The notes under the pieces are model-generated. The model ran no database searches and was not told where the DNA came from. It was given only the letters and a program-made list of their open reading frames with translations. The position numbers were made by a program, and so were the translations under genes. DNA of 62,800 nucleotides, filler included, from Chiloscyllium plagiosum (lineage: Eukaryota): NCBI RefSeq assembly GCF_004010195.1. It is 3 parts of one record of this genome, joined end to end, with 100 filler letters (N's around TTAATTAATTAA, not from the genome) between each part and the next. Parts side by side here need not be neighbours in the genome. Positions count along the whole stretch, not along the records: positions 1 to 20,275 come from NC_057711.1; positions 20,376 to 42,266 come from NC_057711.1; 1 more part is not named here. One strand, 5' to 3'. Positions 13,270 to 26,455 of this stretch are shown one piece after another (positions within the stretch are counted from its first letter, which is position 1; every line of letters begins with the position of its first letter).

Positions 13270-15720
13270 TCTCCGGTCTCTGCAAAATGGACAGCGGCCA
13301 CCAGCTGCTGTGACACTCGGTTATTTGCTGCTGCCGATACCAGCTTTGTTCGCACATTAATCCAGTGACAATTAGGTGCCAGCAAGCGATGGAGTTTGCC
13401 TTGGGCTGTGCGCTTGAAGCCCTAATCAGGAGTGTAAACTCTGCTATATTTCAATTTGCAGAATCGCTCTTCCGCTCAGCGGCCCGCGGCACTGCGATAA
13501 ATAAATCGCCTATTTACTTCATCGCTACACTTAAACATCCAACGCACTTACCAACATCCCCCTAATCATAGGCAACAGTTAAACCCGGGCATAAATCAGC
13601 CCTTTCTGTTGAATGATTAGTGAAGCCATTTTCCTAACACTTGACAAGAAAAAGGATTTTGTTAATCCTAGTTTTCTACATCTGCACGGGCATCATACAC
13701 GGTCACCAATCATCTCAGGGCAACAAACACAGCAATATCAATGAACTCAGAAACTTTAAAAACCGCATGTGTGTCCTCTCCGCCCATATACAGCTCGGGC
13801 AACGTACCACAAGCTAACATTGGCGCTGCAGCCAAAATTTTGAAAAGGGGACAGTTTTAAAACAAAAACAAAAATGGATTGGAAGAAAAAGATAGCAGAC
13901 TGTGAAGGAGGTGGAAATAAAGAGAGCGAAATAGTATCAAAAATGCACGTCGCATTTTTATTGGAATATTTTGGGGATTAAATAATTCATGCAAAATGCA
14001 CTTTCCAAACCTCGCTGAAGCAAGGAAAGTCAATTTGTAGTCGACAAGTCGTTTATAATCTGTGAATCAATAGAAAACCCTGTGGATGATAACAATGAAC
14101 GTAAATGACTCCATAAACATCCATTAGGCAGCCCAGTGACAAACAGGCAGAAGTACTAGAAAGTACACTCTTGTTTGGCGGAGGCTGATATAAAACTGCT
14201 CAGGGCAGTCTATGGTGAACATAAATTGCACAGCCAAGAAAATAGCGGGTTTATGTATTGAAGATGCTATGTAGTTGAACGCATACAGTAGTTTGAAATC
14301 TGGGCGCAAATCTGATAAGTACCCATCTGTCAATTCATACATTGTCTTTTTAGAATCCGGATTACATCAGGATCTGCAGAGTGACGTGAATGGGGTGACA
14401 TGTTGGGGAGACTGAGCACTTTGCAATAAAGCCCGCACTATAGCTCAGTAAGTGCCTCAATAATCAAGAGACTAAAATGTGATTTTATTGCTTCAATTTA
14501 CGGCCATCATAATCTGTAATGCAAGTGCCTCACAAGAGACTGAGGCTCATTAATGTAAAAGGCTGCATTTTGAAAAATTACAACCGGAAGAAAATAAATG
14601 CATGGAACAACGTTCATACATTCACGGCCCGTGATGGGAAAACAAACAAGAAGTTTGAAAACAGCAGCATTGTGGTTATAAAGCAGAGGGTTAGTGCGAG
14701 TTAATGTCTGATATGTTAATCGCCATTCTCCTATCTCCTGACTGCGAGCATTGCTTTGGGTAAAAAGCGGTTACTAAACACTCCAATGATGTACGGCATC
14801 ATTTATTGAAACACAAAATGTATCCTCATGTTACAAACAGCAGTAAAATCTACACCCATCTATTTTGTTTGAAAGGCGCATTTTAATGACTCACTTCCAG
14901 CGCATCAATAAATTACAATTGGCAGTATCACTCGACTCTAATTTACACGTTATATAATGAATAAAATAGTCAAAGTGGCACGTGGAAATATAAAGAGAAG
15001 GACTGTTTTACAATTTCCCCCTTTTTATTCATTCTTTTAGATCGTGTAGACAAGTCAATCATCCAACCCTTGGGTTTCTTGACCTGTCTTCAGTAGTTCT
15101 AATCTAAAACGGGGTGGATTTAAGTGAAGTACTGCACATAATCTCTATTGAAACATTTCCTTATGACAACTACTTACAGACCCTGCCAATTAAAGGCGAG
15201 TCGGTTTCCATTGCCGGTGTACAATCAGAACTCACTAGGGACAGCGTGTAAACAAAGAAATGGTTTAACGCGTTTCATTTTCAATAGTGCCAATCGGCCA
15301 CGATTTCCTTTTAATTCTTAGACAGATCTCAGGTGGAATTACACGGATTAAAGGAGGGAGCAAATGAGGCGAGTGTATAAAATGACAGAGAAAAAAACCC
15401 CTGCTTGTTCCGTGCTCTGAAAATGAGATGCACATTTAAATCTGATCCATTCACCGCCTGTGGCCACAACCATGTACCTGCCTGCTTAGCCCAAGGGTTA
15501 ATTAATTGAGGCTTCAGAGGACTATTGGAAGAGCATTATTGCATTTGATACTCTACATCTGTGATTTAAAGCTCTTTCAGCCCCTGTCCACAAGGGAGAA
15601 TTCTTAACAAGGAAATTAGCATTCAGCTTAGAGTATGGCACTGAAGCAGTGAAAGGATAGAAATATTAATGATGCTAGTGTACCACCCAGCCTCATAAAT
15701 CCTGACCCCTTCTCAGCACA
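13270..15720. promoter_or_regulatory. Putative conserved non-coding element / enhancer cluster
   Basis: About 2.4 kb with no recognisable repeat, retained CpGs, dense homeodomain, SOX and TALE motifs, no credible ORF. Confidence 0.6.
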
Positions 15721-16182
15721 GCTACACTAACCAGATAGCCCAGGGGAAATGTACACATGGGGCACTTTTTAATAAATATTCTGATTTAAAAAGGAAATTG
15801 AACTTGTAGATAAGCAGGTATATATTTATACATTTTATAGAGGACGCAGAAGAAAGCCCACCCTGTACAATCTATCCCAGAGGAGACAATGGAAACCATT
15901 GGGGTGACACATCAATATTTGCACTGGTTAGGGAGTGAATTCAATGAGGGTGTCAAATGTCTGCCAATGACTTCAGTCAGAAATACCTTTTACAAACTAA
16001 AGAATTCCAGATAGGAATTGTATGTTTCAATCTTACAAACAAAACATGCAAACACAAGAATTACGAGCAGGAATAGGCCACCTGGTGTCTTGAGCTTGTT
16101 TCATCATTCAATAAGCTGATCTGATTACTCTACGTTCCTACCTACCCCAGATAACCTTTCTCCCCTTAAACAAAAAAAAATC

Positions 16183-16308
16183 AAAGAATTATGGATGCTG
16201 GAAATCAGAAACAAAAACAGAAATTGGTGGGAAAACTCAGCAGGCCTAGCAACATCTGTGGAGAGAAAGCAAAGCTAACGTTTTGGTTCAGTAACCCTTC
16301 ATCAGAAT
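16183..16308 (-). mobile_element. PLE terminal-repeat fragment (family C) with hammerhead motif
   Basis: Reverse complement ttCTGATGAagggttactgaaccAAAACGTTagc followed by the PLE-type tail. Confidence 0.7.
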
Positions 16309-17304
16309 TATGTGAAAATACTCAAAGAATCTGCTTCCACCACTTTTTGAGCAAAAATTCCAAGGTCACACAATTATCGTGAAAACAAATATTAAATTAA
16401 GCAATAACTCCCAGTTCTAGATTCTCCCACAAGGGAAACATTGTTTCCACATCCAGATAGTCAAGACCCCGTTGGATCTTATATGTTGCAAACAAGTCTC
16501 AACTTGTTTTTTTAAAGTTCAGTAGATACAAACCTAGTCCAACTAACCTTTGCTAGGAAGATAACCCAGCCGTTCCAGGTTTGAGTCTAATAAATCTTCT
16601 CTGAACTAATTCTAATACATTTACATCTTTACTTAAATCAGGATCAAGATTGTTCACAATACTTTTGATACACACAGGTCTTGTAATATTGAACCAAAAC
16701 CTCCCTACTTTTGTATTCAGTTCAACTTGCATTGAACAACAATATTCCATTTGCTTTTCTAATTACTTGCTGTACCTGCATACTAAACTTTTGTGATTCA
16801 TATAATCGGACATCCTGATCCCTCTGCATCTCAGAACTATGCAATCTCTCACCATTAAGATGATTCTGTATATGAATCTTTATATTCTCCTTGCCAAAAT
16901 AGACAAATTCACATTTACCCATATCATACTCCATTTTCCAGATCTTTGTCCATTCACTTAGCTATTCTGTATCTATTTACTTCAAAGAATCCAACATAAT
17001 TTCCCTTTCAAAAAGCTATGTTAACTCTGCCCATATGTATGAAACTTTGTGTCCTGCTATAACTTCTTTAATAACATTTTTAAATATCTGTCCCATGATA
17101 GATGTTAAGCTACATGCCCTACAGTTTCCTGCTTTCCTTCTCCATCAATTTACATATCAAATGTAGCCTTCACTGAATCTAGGGAATTTTGGAAAATTAA
17201 AACTAACACCACAGTTATCTCACTAGCCACTTTATTTAAGATCTTGGGACCAAGTCCATCAGGACATAAGCACTTATCAGTCTGTAGATCCAAGAATTTG
17301 CTCG

Positions 17305-17650
17305 GTCCTATAGATAAGGTGAATAGCCAAGGTCTTTTCCCCAGGATAGGGGAGTCCAAAACTAAATAGTATAGGTTTAAGGTGAGAGGGGAAAGATTTA
17401 AAAGGGACCTGACAGGCAGTTTTTTCACACCAGGGGTAGTATGTGTATGAATGAGCTGTCAGAGGAAGTGGTAGAGTACAATTACAACATTTAAAAGGTA
17501 TTTGGACTTATACATGGATAGGAAATGTTTAGAGGAATACGGTAATATGAGCCAAATGCAGTCAAATAGGATTAGTTCAGTTTATGAAATCTGGTTAGCA
17601 TGGATGAGTTGAGCCAAGTGGTCTGTTTCCATGCTGTATGACTCTATGAT
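17305..17650 (+). mobile_element. Nested CR1 3' end
   Basis: ggtgagaggggaaagattt...ctgtttccatgctgtatgactctatga. Confidence 0.85.
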
Positions 17651-18299
17651 CACATCTCTGATGATTATAATTTTCTTGAGCCACCCTTCCCTTCTATTTC
17701 CCCTTACTGCTATTTCTTGGATGTTACTTGTATATTCTATTATGAAGACTTACAAAAAAGCATGTTTTTTTCATCAGCCATTATCTTATTTTTCATTAAT
17801 TTACCAGACTCATTTTCTACAAGGCCAATGCCCACTTTGTTAACTTTTAAAAAATTTATGCAACTCTTAATGTCTGCTTTTATATTTCTAGTTAGCTTTC
17901 TCTCACTCCAATCTTTCTTACCTGAAGTTTTTACAATGTTCTTTCCTTTTCTATATGTTATGCACACTTTTCTGACTTGCATCTTCATTGAAATAAAATT
18001 TTTGTTTACTTTGAAATTATCTTTAATTATTTTTAGTTCATTTCAGATAGTTCTCTCACTGGAAGTTTCTTTCTTGCTGGAATGTATCAATTCTGTGCAT
18101 TCTGAAGTATCCACTTAAATGTCTGCCACTGCATTGCTATAGACCGATCCTTAAACTAATTTATTAATTCACTTTAGTTTGCATGCCTTTATAATTTCCC
18201 TTCTTCAAGTTAATAATATTAGTCTCAGACACATTTTTCAAATTCAAAAACATTATAGTCACTGCTACCTATGATACCTCTGCTTCAGGACATTAAAGT

Positions 18300-18810
18300 T
18301 GTAGAGATGTATAGCACAAAACAGACCCTTGGGTTAAATGCCATTTAAATGTTGTAATTGTATCAGCCTCCACCACTTCCTCTGGCAGCTCATACCATAC
18401 GTGCACCACCCTCTGTGTGAAAAAGCTGTCCCTTAGGTCCCTTTTAAAACTTTCACCTCTCACCTTAAACCTATGCCCTGTAGTTCTGGACTCCCCATCC
18501 CAGGGAAAAGATCTTGTCCATTTACCCTATCTATGCCCCTCATGATTTTATAAATCTCTATAAAGTCACCCCTTAGCCTCCAATGCTCCAGAGAAAACAG
18601 CCCCAGCCTATTCAGCTTCTCCCTATAGCTCAAACCTTCCAACCCTGGCAACATCCTTGTAAATCTTTTCTGAACCCTTTCATGTTTCACAGCATCCTTC
18701 TAATATTAGGGAGACCAGAATTGCATACAAAATTCCAAAAGTGGCCTAACCACTGTCCTGCCCAGCCACAACATGACCTCCCACCTCCTTTACACGATAC
18801 TCTGACCAAA
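18300..18810 (-). mobile_element. Nested CR1 3' end
   Basis: ORF 18460-18690 ERVQKRFTRMLPGLEGLSYREKL...LRGDFIEIYKIM. Confidence 0.9.
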
Positions 18811-19727
18811 AATTAATCCTATTTCTTTGCACAACATCTGGACTAGTATAGCCTGGTCAGCTCCAAAACACTGCTGTCTTAAGACATTATCCCAATACTT
18901 TCCATCAACTCCTCATCGAGAATACCTTTGCCCATCTAATCTTTCCAGTCCAGATAGATTAAGATTATCCATGTCATACCTTTCTAACAAGCTTGCATTA
19001 CTTCTTCCTCTGTACTGCATCCTATCATGTGGTTAGTATTAGGCAGCCTGTACATCTCTGCCAAAAATGACTTTTTGCCTTTATTATTTCTCAGCAGTAA
19101 CCAAACCAGTTCTAAATCCCTGTTTCCTGAATTTTGATCATCCATCTCTATTATTCTATTAACATCATTAATTAGCAGAATCATATTTCCATATTTTCCT
19201 AACTTCCTAACTCTAAATGTTATGTACTGTTCAGTATTTAGGTCCAATTACGTGTCATCCTGTAGTCATGTCTTTGAATTGACTATAAGATCATTCTTAT
19301 TTATTTCTTTTTATCTACCAGTTCAACAGTTTTGCTTCAACTGTTACTTATATTCAGTTACAGAGCCTTTAGTTTTCTCCTTTTGTTATTTTTGTAGCCT
19401 CTAGTCCTATCTGTTTCATATTTAGATATCCACTCTCTATCCCTTCCTGTCACAATCTGTTTATGATGTCCCCTATTAATGCTTTTCTCTCCTACCTTGT
19501 CTTTATTCTTTTATTTACAACACCTTCCCAAGTTTGATCCCTTGTTCCCACTGATCAATTCAAAATCTTCTCTACCTCTCTAATTATCCAGGGCGCTTGA
19601 ACACTGGCCTCAGCACAGTTCAGGTGTATACTGTCCCAATGATACAACTCCAAATTTTTCCATTACTGGTGCCAATTTCACATGAAATGGAACCAGCGTC
19701 TCCTACATCAAGCTTTGAGGCATGTAT

Positions 19728-20060
19728 TCATAGAGTCATAGAGTCATACAGCACAGAAACAGACCCTTCGGTCCAACTAGTCCACCTAGATCACATTTCC
19801 AAATCAAACCAGTCCCACCTTCCTGTGCTTGGCCCATATCCCTCCAAACCTTTCCTATTCATGAATATATCCAAAATGTCTTTTAAATGTAACTGTGCCT
19901 GCATCTACCACTTTCTCTGGTAGTCTATTCTACACATGAATCACTCTGCGTAAAATGTTGCCCCGTGTCCTTTTTAAATCTTTTTCACGTTAAAAATATG
20001 ACCCCTAGTTCTGAACTCCCACAACCTTGCGAAAAGACCCTTGTCATTCATCTTATCTAT
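19728..20060 (-). mobile_element. CR1 3' end
   Basis: Tail tcatagagtcatagagtcatacagcacagaaacagacccttcggtccaac. Confidence 0.85.
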
Positions 20061-20062
20061 GG

Positions 20063-21175
20063 ATAAAAACAATGACTGCAGATGCTGGAAACCAGAGTCA
20101 GATTAGAGTGGTGCTGGAAAAGCACAGCAGTTCAGGCAGCATCCAAGGAGCAGGAAAATCGAAGTTTCGGGCAAAAGCCCTTCATCAGGAATACAGGCAG
20201 AGTGCCTGAAGGGTGGAGAGATAAATGAGAGGAGGGTGGGGGTGAGAAGAAAGTAGCATAGAGTACAATAGGTGANNNNNNNNNNNNNNNNNNNNNNNNN
20301 NNNNNNNNNNNNNNNNNNNTTAATTAATTAANNNNNNNNNNNNNNNNNNNNNNNNNNNNNNNNNNNNNNNNNNNNTCCGAGATCGGCTGAGGGGTTTGGA
20401 TGGTCTGGGAGATGATGGTTTGGTGGTGGGAGGTGGGGTCATGGTCAAGGGGGCAGTAGGAGGAGGTGTCCGCGGGCTGGCGTTTAGCCTCAGCAATATA
20501 AAGATCAGTGCGCCAGGTGGATGGGGTGTGTTGGAGGCGGGAGAAGGAGTCGTCAGAGGGTGGGCGGGAGTCTTGGTTAAAGAAGTAGGCGCGGAGGCGA
20601 AGGCGGCGGAAGAATTGTTCGATGTCACGCCGTGTGTTGAACTCGTTAATCTAGGAGCGTAGGGGAATGAAGGTGAGGCCTCTGCTGAGGACTGATCTTT
20701 CATCCTCAGAGAGGGGGTGGTCTGGAGGGATGGTGGAAATACGGCAGGGCTGGAAGCTAGGACCTGGTCCTCATCTTCCGCCTAGGAACCCTCCAACCAC
20801 AAGGGATGAATGCAGATTTCTCCAGCTCCGTCATTTCCCCTCCTCCACCTTTTCTCAGTCCCAACCCTAGGACTCAGCACCGTCTTCTTGACCTGCAATC
20901 TTCTTCCCGACCTCTCTGCCCCACCCCCTCTCCGGCCTATCACCCTCACCTTAACTTCCTTCCACCTATCGCATTCCCAACGCCCCTCCCCCAAGTCCCT
21001 CCGCCCTACCTTTTATCTTAGCCTGCTTGGCACACCTTCCTCATTCCTGAAGAAGGGCTTATGCCCAAAACATCGATTCTCCTGCTCCTTGGATGCTGCC
21101 TGACCTGCTGCACTTTTCCAGCAACACATTTTTCAGCTCTGATCTCCAGCATCTGCAGTCCTCACTTTCTCCTAA
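20063..21175. mobile_element. Penelope-like element pieces around a gap: minus terminal repeat, minus ORF N-terminus, plus (inverted) terminal repeat
   Basis: Minus strand about 20720-20560 encodes LSEDERSVLSRGLTFIP...EQFFRRLRLRAYFF (PLE N-terminal motifs); hammerhead motifs at 20159-20190 (-) and 21046-21076 (+). Confidence 0.85.
20276..20374. other. Assembly gap with artificial TTAATTAATTAA linker (20320-20331)
   Basis: 12-mer with stops in all six frames centred in Ns; identical at 42311-42322. Confidence 0.9.
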
Positions 21176-23095
21176 GAACTTTCGAAAGCTGATTGGGGGC
21201 AGATTTTCGCAGGTAAAGGGATTACTGGAAAATGGGAAGCCTTCAGAGATAACGAGAATCCAGAGAAAGTATATTCCTGTTAGGGTGAAAGGAAAGGCTG
21301 GCAGGTACAGGGAATGCTGGATGACTAAAGAAATTGAGGGTTTAGTTAAGAAAAAGAAGGAAGCATATATCAGGTATAGACAGGATAGATCGAGTGCATC
21401 CTTAGAAGAGTATAAAGGAAGTAGGTGTATACTTAAGAGGGAAATCAGGAGAGCAAAAAGGGGACTTGAGATAGCTTTGGCAAATAGAGTTAAGGAGAAT
21501 CCAAAGAGTTTTTACAAATACATTAAAGACAAAAGAGTAACTTGGGAGAGAATAGGGGCCCTCAAAGATCAGCAAGACGGCCTTTATGTGGAGCGCAGAA
21601 AATGGGGGAGATACTAAATGAGTATTTTACATCAGTATTTACTGTGGAAAAGGATATGGAAGATGTAGATTGTAGGGAAATAGATGGTGACATCTTGCAA
21701 AATGTCCAGATTACAGAGGAAGAAGTGTTGGATGTCTTGAAATGGGTAAAGGTGGATAAATCCCCAGGACCTGATCAGGTGTACCCGAGAACTCTGTGGG
21801 AAGCTAGAGAAGTGATTGCTGGGCCTCTTGCTGAGATATTTGTATCATCGATAGTCACAGGTGAGGTGCCGGAAGACTGGAGGTTGGCAAACGTGGTGCC
21901 ACTGTTTAAGAAGGGCGGTAAAGACAAGCCAGGGAACTANNNNNNNNNNNNNNNNNNNNNNNNNNNNNNNNNNNNNNNNNNNNNNNNNNNNNNNNNNNNN
22001 NNNNNNNNNNNNNNNNNNNNNNNNNNNNNNNNNNNNNNNNNNNNNNNNNNNNNNNNNNNNNNNNNNNNNNNNNNNNNNNNNNNNNNNNNNNNNNNNNNNN
22101 NNNNNNNNNNNNNNNNNNNNNNNNNNNNNNNNNNNNNNNNNNNNNNNNNNNNNNNNNNNNNNNNNNNNNNNNNNNNNNNNNNNNNNNNNNNNNNNNNNNN
22201 NNNNNNNNNNNNNNNNNNNNNNNNNNNNNNNNNNNNNNNNNNNNNNNNNNNNNNNNNNNNNNNNNNNNNNNNNNNNNNNNNNNNNNNNNNNNNNNNNNNA
22301 ATGCGAGGTGCTGCATTTTGGGAAAGCAAATCTTAGCAGGACTTATACACTTAATGATAAGGTCCTAGGGAATGTTGCTGAACAAAGACACCTTGGAGTG
22401 CAGGTTCATAGGTCCTTGAAAGTGGAGTCGCAGGTAGATAGTATAGTGAAGGCGGTGTTTGGTATGCTTTCCTTTATTGGTCAGAGTATTGAGTACAGGA
22501 GTTGGGAGATCATGTTGTGGCTCTACAGGACATTGGTTAGGCCACTGTTGGAATATTGCATGCAATTCTGGTCTCCTCCCTATTGGAAAGATGTTATGAA
22601 ACTTGAAAGGGTTCAGAAAAGATTTACAAGGATGTTGCCAGGGTTGGAGGATTTAAGCTATATGGAGAGGCTGAACATGCTGGGGCTGTTTTTGCTGGAG
22701 CGTCAGAGGCTGAGGGGTGACCTTATAGAGGTTTACAAAATTATGAGGGGCATGGATACGATAAATAGACAAAGTCTTTTCCCTGGGGTCAGGGAGTCCA
22801 GAACTAGAGGGCATAGGTTTAGGGTGAGAGGGGAAAGATACAAAAGAGACCTAAGGGCCAACGTTTTCACACAGAGGGTGGTACGTGTATGGAATGAGCT
22901 GCCAGAGGAAGTGGTGGAGGCTGGTACAATTGCAACATTTAAGAGACATTTGGATGGGTATATGAATAGGAAGGGTTTGGAGGTATATGGGCTGGGTGCT
23001 GGCAGGTGGGACTAGATTGGATTGGGATATCTGGTCGGGTTGGACCGAAGGGTCTGTTTCTATGCTGTACATCTCTATAACTCTATGACTCTATA
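21176..23095 (+). mobile_element. CR1 LINE (RT and 3' end), with gap at about 21940-22299
   Basis: KENPKSFYKYIK, KSPGPDQVYPRTL, PEDWRLANVVPLFKKG, RPLLEYCMQFWSP, FTQRVVRVWNELP; tail ctctataactctatgactctat. Confidence 0.95.
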
Positions 23096-23449
23096 AAGTA
23101 GACTAGTACTGCCCTGCTGGGTAGCACACATCTTGATCCTTGTCCAGAAACAAAGCATTCATATTAACTGTCTTGCTTCCATCAGGAAATGTTCTACGTG
23201 GACAACTCACAACCAGGATCCTGATTGAGTGTAGTTTCAGTTCAAGCATCCATTCCACAAATCTCAACAGATAGTAACCTCAGGATCTTGTGACTGTACA
23301 GTCCACTGCCAGCATGTATTCCTCATGCAGGAGGAAAGAATGGACTGGCTATTTAAAAAAGCACATTTCAATATCTTGCAATTTATAACAAGGGAAGGAA
23401 CAATAGCCATAGTTGGCTTCCAAATGGTCTTGGCATTTGTGGATAAGAG

Positions 23450-23790
23450 TCATGGAGGGATGCAGGTCTATAACACAGAAAAAGGTTCTTTAGCCCATTG
23501 AGTCAAAAAACTACCACCTAACCATTCTAATCCCATTTTCCAGGGCTTGGGCCAGAGCTTTGTATACATTGGTATTCAATTGTACAACTAAATAATTCTT
23601 AAATGTTATGAAGGTTTCTGCCTCTGAAACCCTGACAAACATGGATTTACCATTTCCCACCACCCTCCAGGTGAAAAACCTTTTTTCATAACTCTTCTAA
23701 ATGTCTTGCCACTTACCTTAAATCTATGCCCCCAGTAATTGATCCTCTCCCAATTGGAAACATTTCTTCCTATCTCCAGTGCCTTCAATT
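23450..23790 (-). mobile_element. Diverged CR1-type 3' end
   Basis: ORF 23606-23788 WGHRFKVSGKTFRRVMKKGF. Confidence 0.65.
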
Positions 23791-26349
23791 GATTTATGAC
23801 AATAAGTTCCTGTTTTTAGCTAATGTTCCTGTATATTATTCAATTTCATCATTTGCTACCACATTACACATAAGGTATACAAAAAATGATTGATGAAGAT
23901 GGAATGCCACTCGAGCACACCAAAGCAAACAGTAGTGTTTTTTTCTCAATAGACTGCAAGCCAAGAGGAGGAGGTCGAGATTGCTGAAATACTTTTCCCA
24001 GCTTCACAGCAGTCCTGAGGGACATTTGTTGCCATTAAGTCCAGATTTTTATTAAATTCAAATTTCCCCATCTTAATAGGGTGGGAATTGAACTCTTTCC
24101 CTAGAACATTAGCTGGGGGCTCTGGAAAACGTCTAGTGCAGTAACATTATCATACACTACCACCTCCCCAGCCTTGATGTCAGCAAACGGAATGGTCCAA
24201 AATGAAATATAAGTAATGGGTGAACTTTTTCTGGAAACAAAACAGGTGTTGACACTTGGCCCAAACTGAGGCCCAAGGCTGAACTTAGCGCAAGCCTCAT
24301 GCATCAACTCTGGGACATGTACATGTCAGTAAGCATAAGTAACTGTTACCCCAAAGTCTTGAAGACTCACAGAAAATGCTTGCAATAATATTAAGCTTGC
24401 AATCTGTGTTGGGTTCAGTTGACCACTCTAAACTGTGTCAGCTTCACATTTATAGTTTACAACATCACCGAGATCATTGATCAACAGCCAATTGCACACA
24501 TTCTTTTTATTCTCTTTCACCATACTTAAAATATTTGATGGCTGCTTTCTTATGTACTCCCCCAGTTAGTATGAATATTTACATGGCTATTTGGATATGG
24601 TGTCCCAGCCATCTACGTTTTCTGTCCCCACCAAACTATATCTGTTTGCTTTTGCTCAGTACCTTCAATTAAAAAATTCTTAACCCTATGTCCCTTTCAA
24701 GACGATTTAAATCAAAATGGCTATTGTTTGTGACATTTCCCTTTTAACAATATTTCTGGAAAAAACGCCATTGTTCCATCAATTTCTCACATCTTGATCT
24801 GCATTGAGCTTGTTTCTTGTGCATTCGAAGGATTAAGGTGATATTGACCCTGAAAAACTACAAGGTCACTTATAAATATAACATTTCCAAGAATACTGCT
24901 GACTCAATGTTGATGCCAAAATGTGAGGGTCAGTTCATTCACATGTCGATTGGCACAGGACAAGTTCAAGAGCGATGTTAAACGAGGAGGGGTTAAAAAT
25001 TGCAGCTTACAGTGTAGCAACGCTAGGCTGGAGGATGAGAACTTGGGTTTTAAAAGCTGCAACTCCTTTGATTTTCTGCAAATAATTCTCTTCAAATATC
25101 TGGGTCTCTGAAATCTTCAAGGGTGGGTGGGGGTGATGATCAGAGGTTGAGTAATGCTCCTGGATTGCAGAGAGAGAGCGAGAGAGAAAGAAAGAGACCA
25201 GTGCTGTCTGGGAACTTTTCAACTTTGGCGCTTACATGTTAGGAGCCCAGAAGTTCCAAGCTGACTTCAGAACTTCCTCCTCACATACCAATACGATTCA
25301 GAGATTTGTCCACGCATGAAGATGCGATGAACTGAGATAAATGTAATCCCATGGGAAAACCCAATCTATCTCCAAGCAGTAGAGCTTCCAACCTGCCTTA
25401 ACACTTCATCTAAAAAAAGGCAAGTTGAACTTCCATTTTGGAGCCATTTTGCTTTATTTTCTTCCTTTTTTTATTATTGTAGACAGAAGAATCCTGAATC
25501 CTTGGCAGAATTATGGGTTGGTCACTGATAAGCACTCATATTGTCAATTCACTGTACCACAGCAAAATGTAAAAACAATCCAAAATTCCACTTGTAGCCA
25601 GAAACGCCATCTGAAGATCCTACACCCGACCTGCCGATCTCAGTAACTTCACTGTCGTGATACATTGTGATGAGCTGGATGGCAGGAAAGCTGACAAATT
25701 GCTGAGGTAAGTGTCAAAATTGGTGTCTGATGTCTTCCGGTCACCATGTCATACTACCAGTAAGTGGCCCAGCGGCCCACCACATGATTAAAGGAGGTGG
25801 CCAGTTATGGGCCACTTTACATCTCCACAGGAATTTTGGAAGACCATTAGACCAAACCTATTTGTTTTCAGTCCCTTCAAGATCACTACATTTTAAAAGT
25901 GAGATTTTAATTTTCCTGTACTTATCTTAAAGGATAGCACAACAGCTTTCACATTTTAAAACATTTACTGCAACAAACTCACCAAAATCAATTTACACTA
26001 ACCTGACTTGGTAGGCAATCCATATACTGTACTATATACAGGAGAGATATTCTTTCATAACCAGAAATGTCACGCTGCATTTATACATCACTCTGCACAC
26101 TGCACAGATGTACAGTCTTGAGCTTAAAATCAAAAATCTCTCCTGGGCCTAATAAGACCTATTCCTGCTGACCTTACCAGGGTGAAACAAAATTCCTTTC
26201 ACTCAACCTTCTGAATATAAGCAAATGAATTTCTGTTTGCAAGGCACATAATGGCGATTCTGTGATTTTTAATTCTTCAAGATTTGGTTCCTCAAGAAAA
26301 TGGGTAACGTCCTCATTAGCCTTGGCTTGGGAGTTACCCCAACAATAGT

Positions 26350-26455
26350 TCTTTTCAAACAACAACAGAAATTGCTGGAGAAGCTCAGCAGGTTTGGCAG
26401 CATTTGTGGGAAGAAAGCAGAGTTAACATTTTGAATCCAGTGACTCTTCAGCTTT
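26350..26455 (-). mobile_element. PLE terminal-repeat fragment (family C), degenerate hammerhead
   Basis: aacagaaattgctggagaagctcagcaggtttggcagcatttgtgg...gagttaacattttgaatccagtgactcttcag; homologous to 16183-16308. Confidence 0.7.

Larger units (their letters stand above)
16050..19560 (-). mobile_element. Old long CR1 LINE with nested younger inserts
   Basis: Collinear ORF remnants: LELVWLLLRNNKGKKSFLAEMYRLPN (endonuclease region), CPDGLGPKILNKVASEI, MEYDMGKCEFVYFG, LELVQRRFIRL. Confidence 0.8.

Noticed and set aside
12923..13565. ORFs of 144 and 66 aa in the repeat-free block
   Set aside because: No recognisable domain, partly overlapping SINE sequence; better explained as regulatory DNA.
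20320..20331. TTAATTAATTAA palindrome between N runs (also 42311-42322)
   Set aside because: Identical and centred in two gaps; an artificial scaffolding linker.
21542..23015. Long ORFs spanning N runs (also 54971-55714)
   Set aside because: Length inflated by Ns; flanks are CR1 ORF2.
26174..26225. Possible 33-nt minus-strand micro-exon (RLSERNFVSP)
   Set aside because: Weak acceptor, no partner exons, unrecognised peptide.
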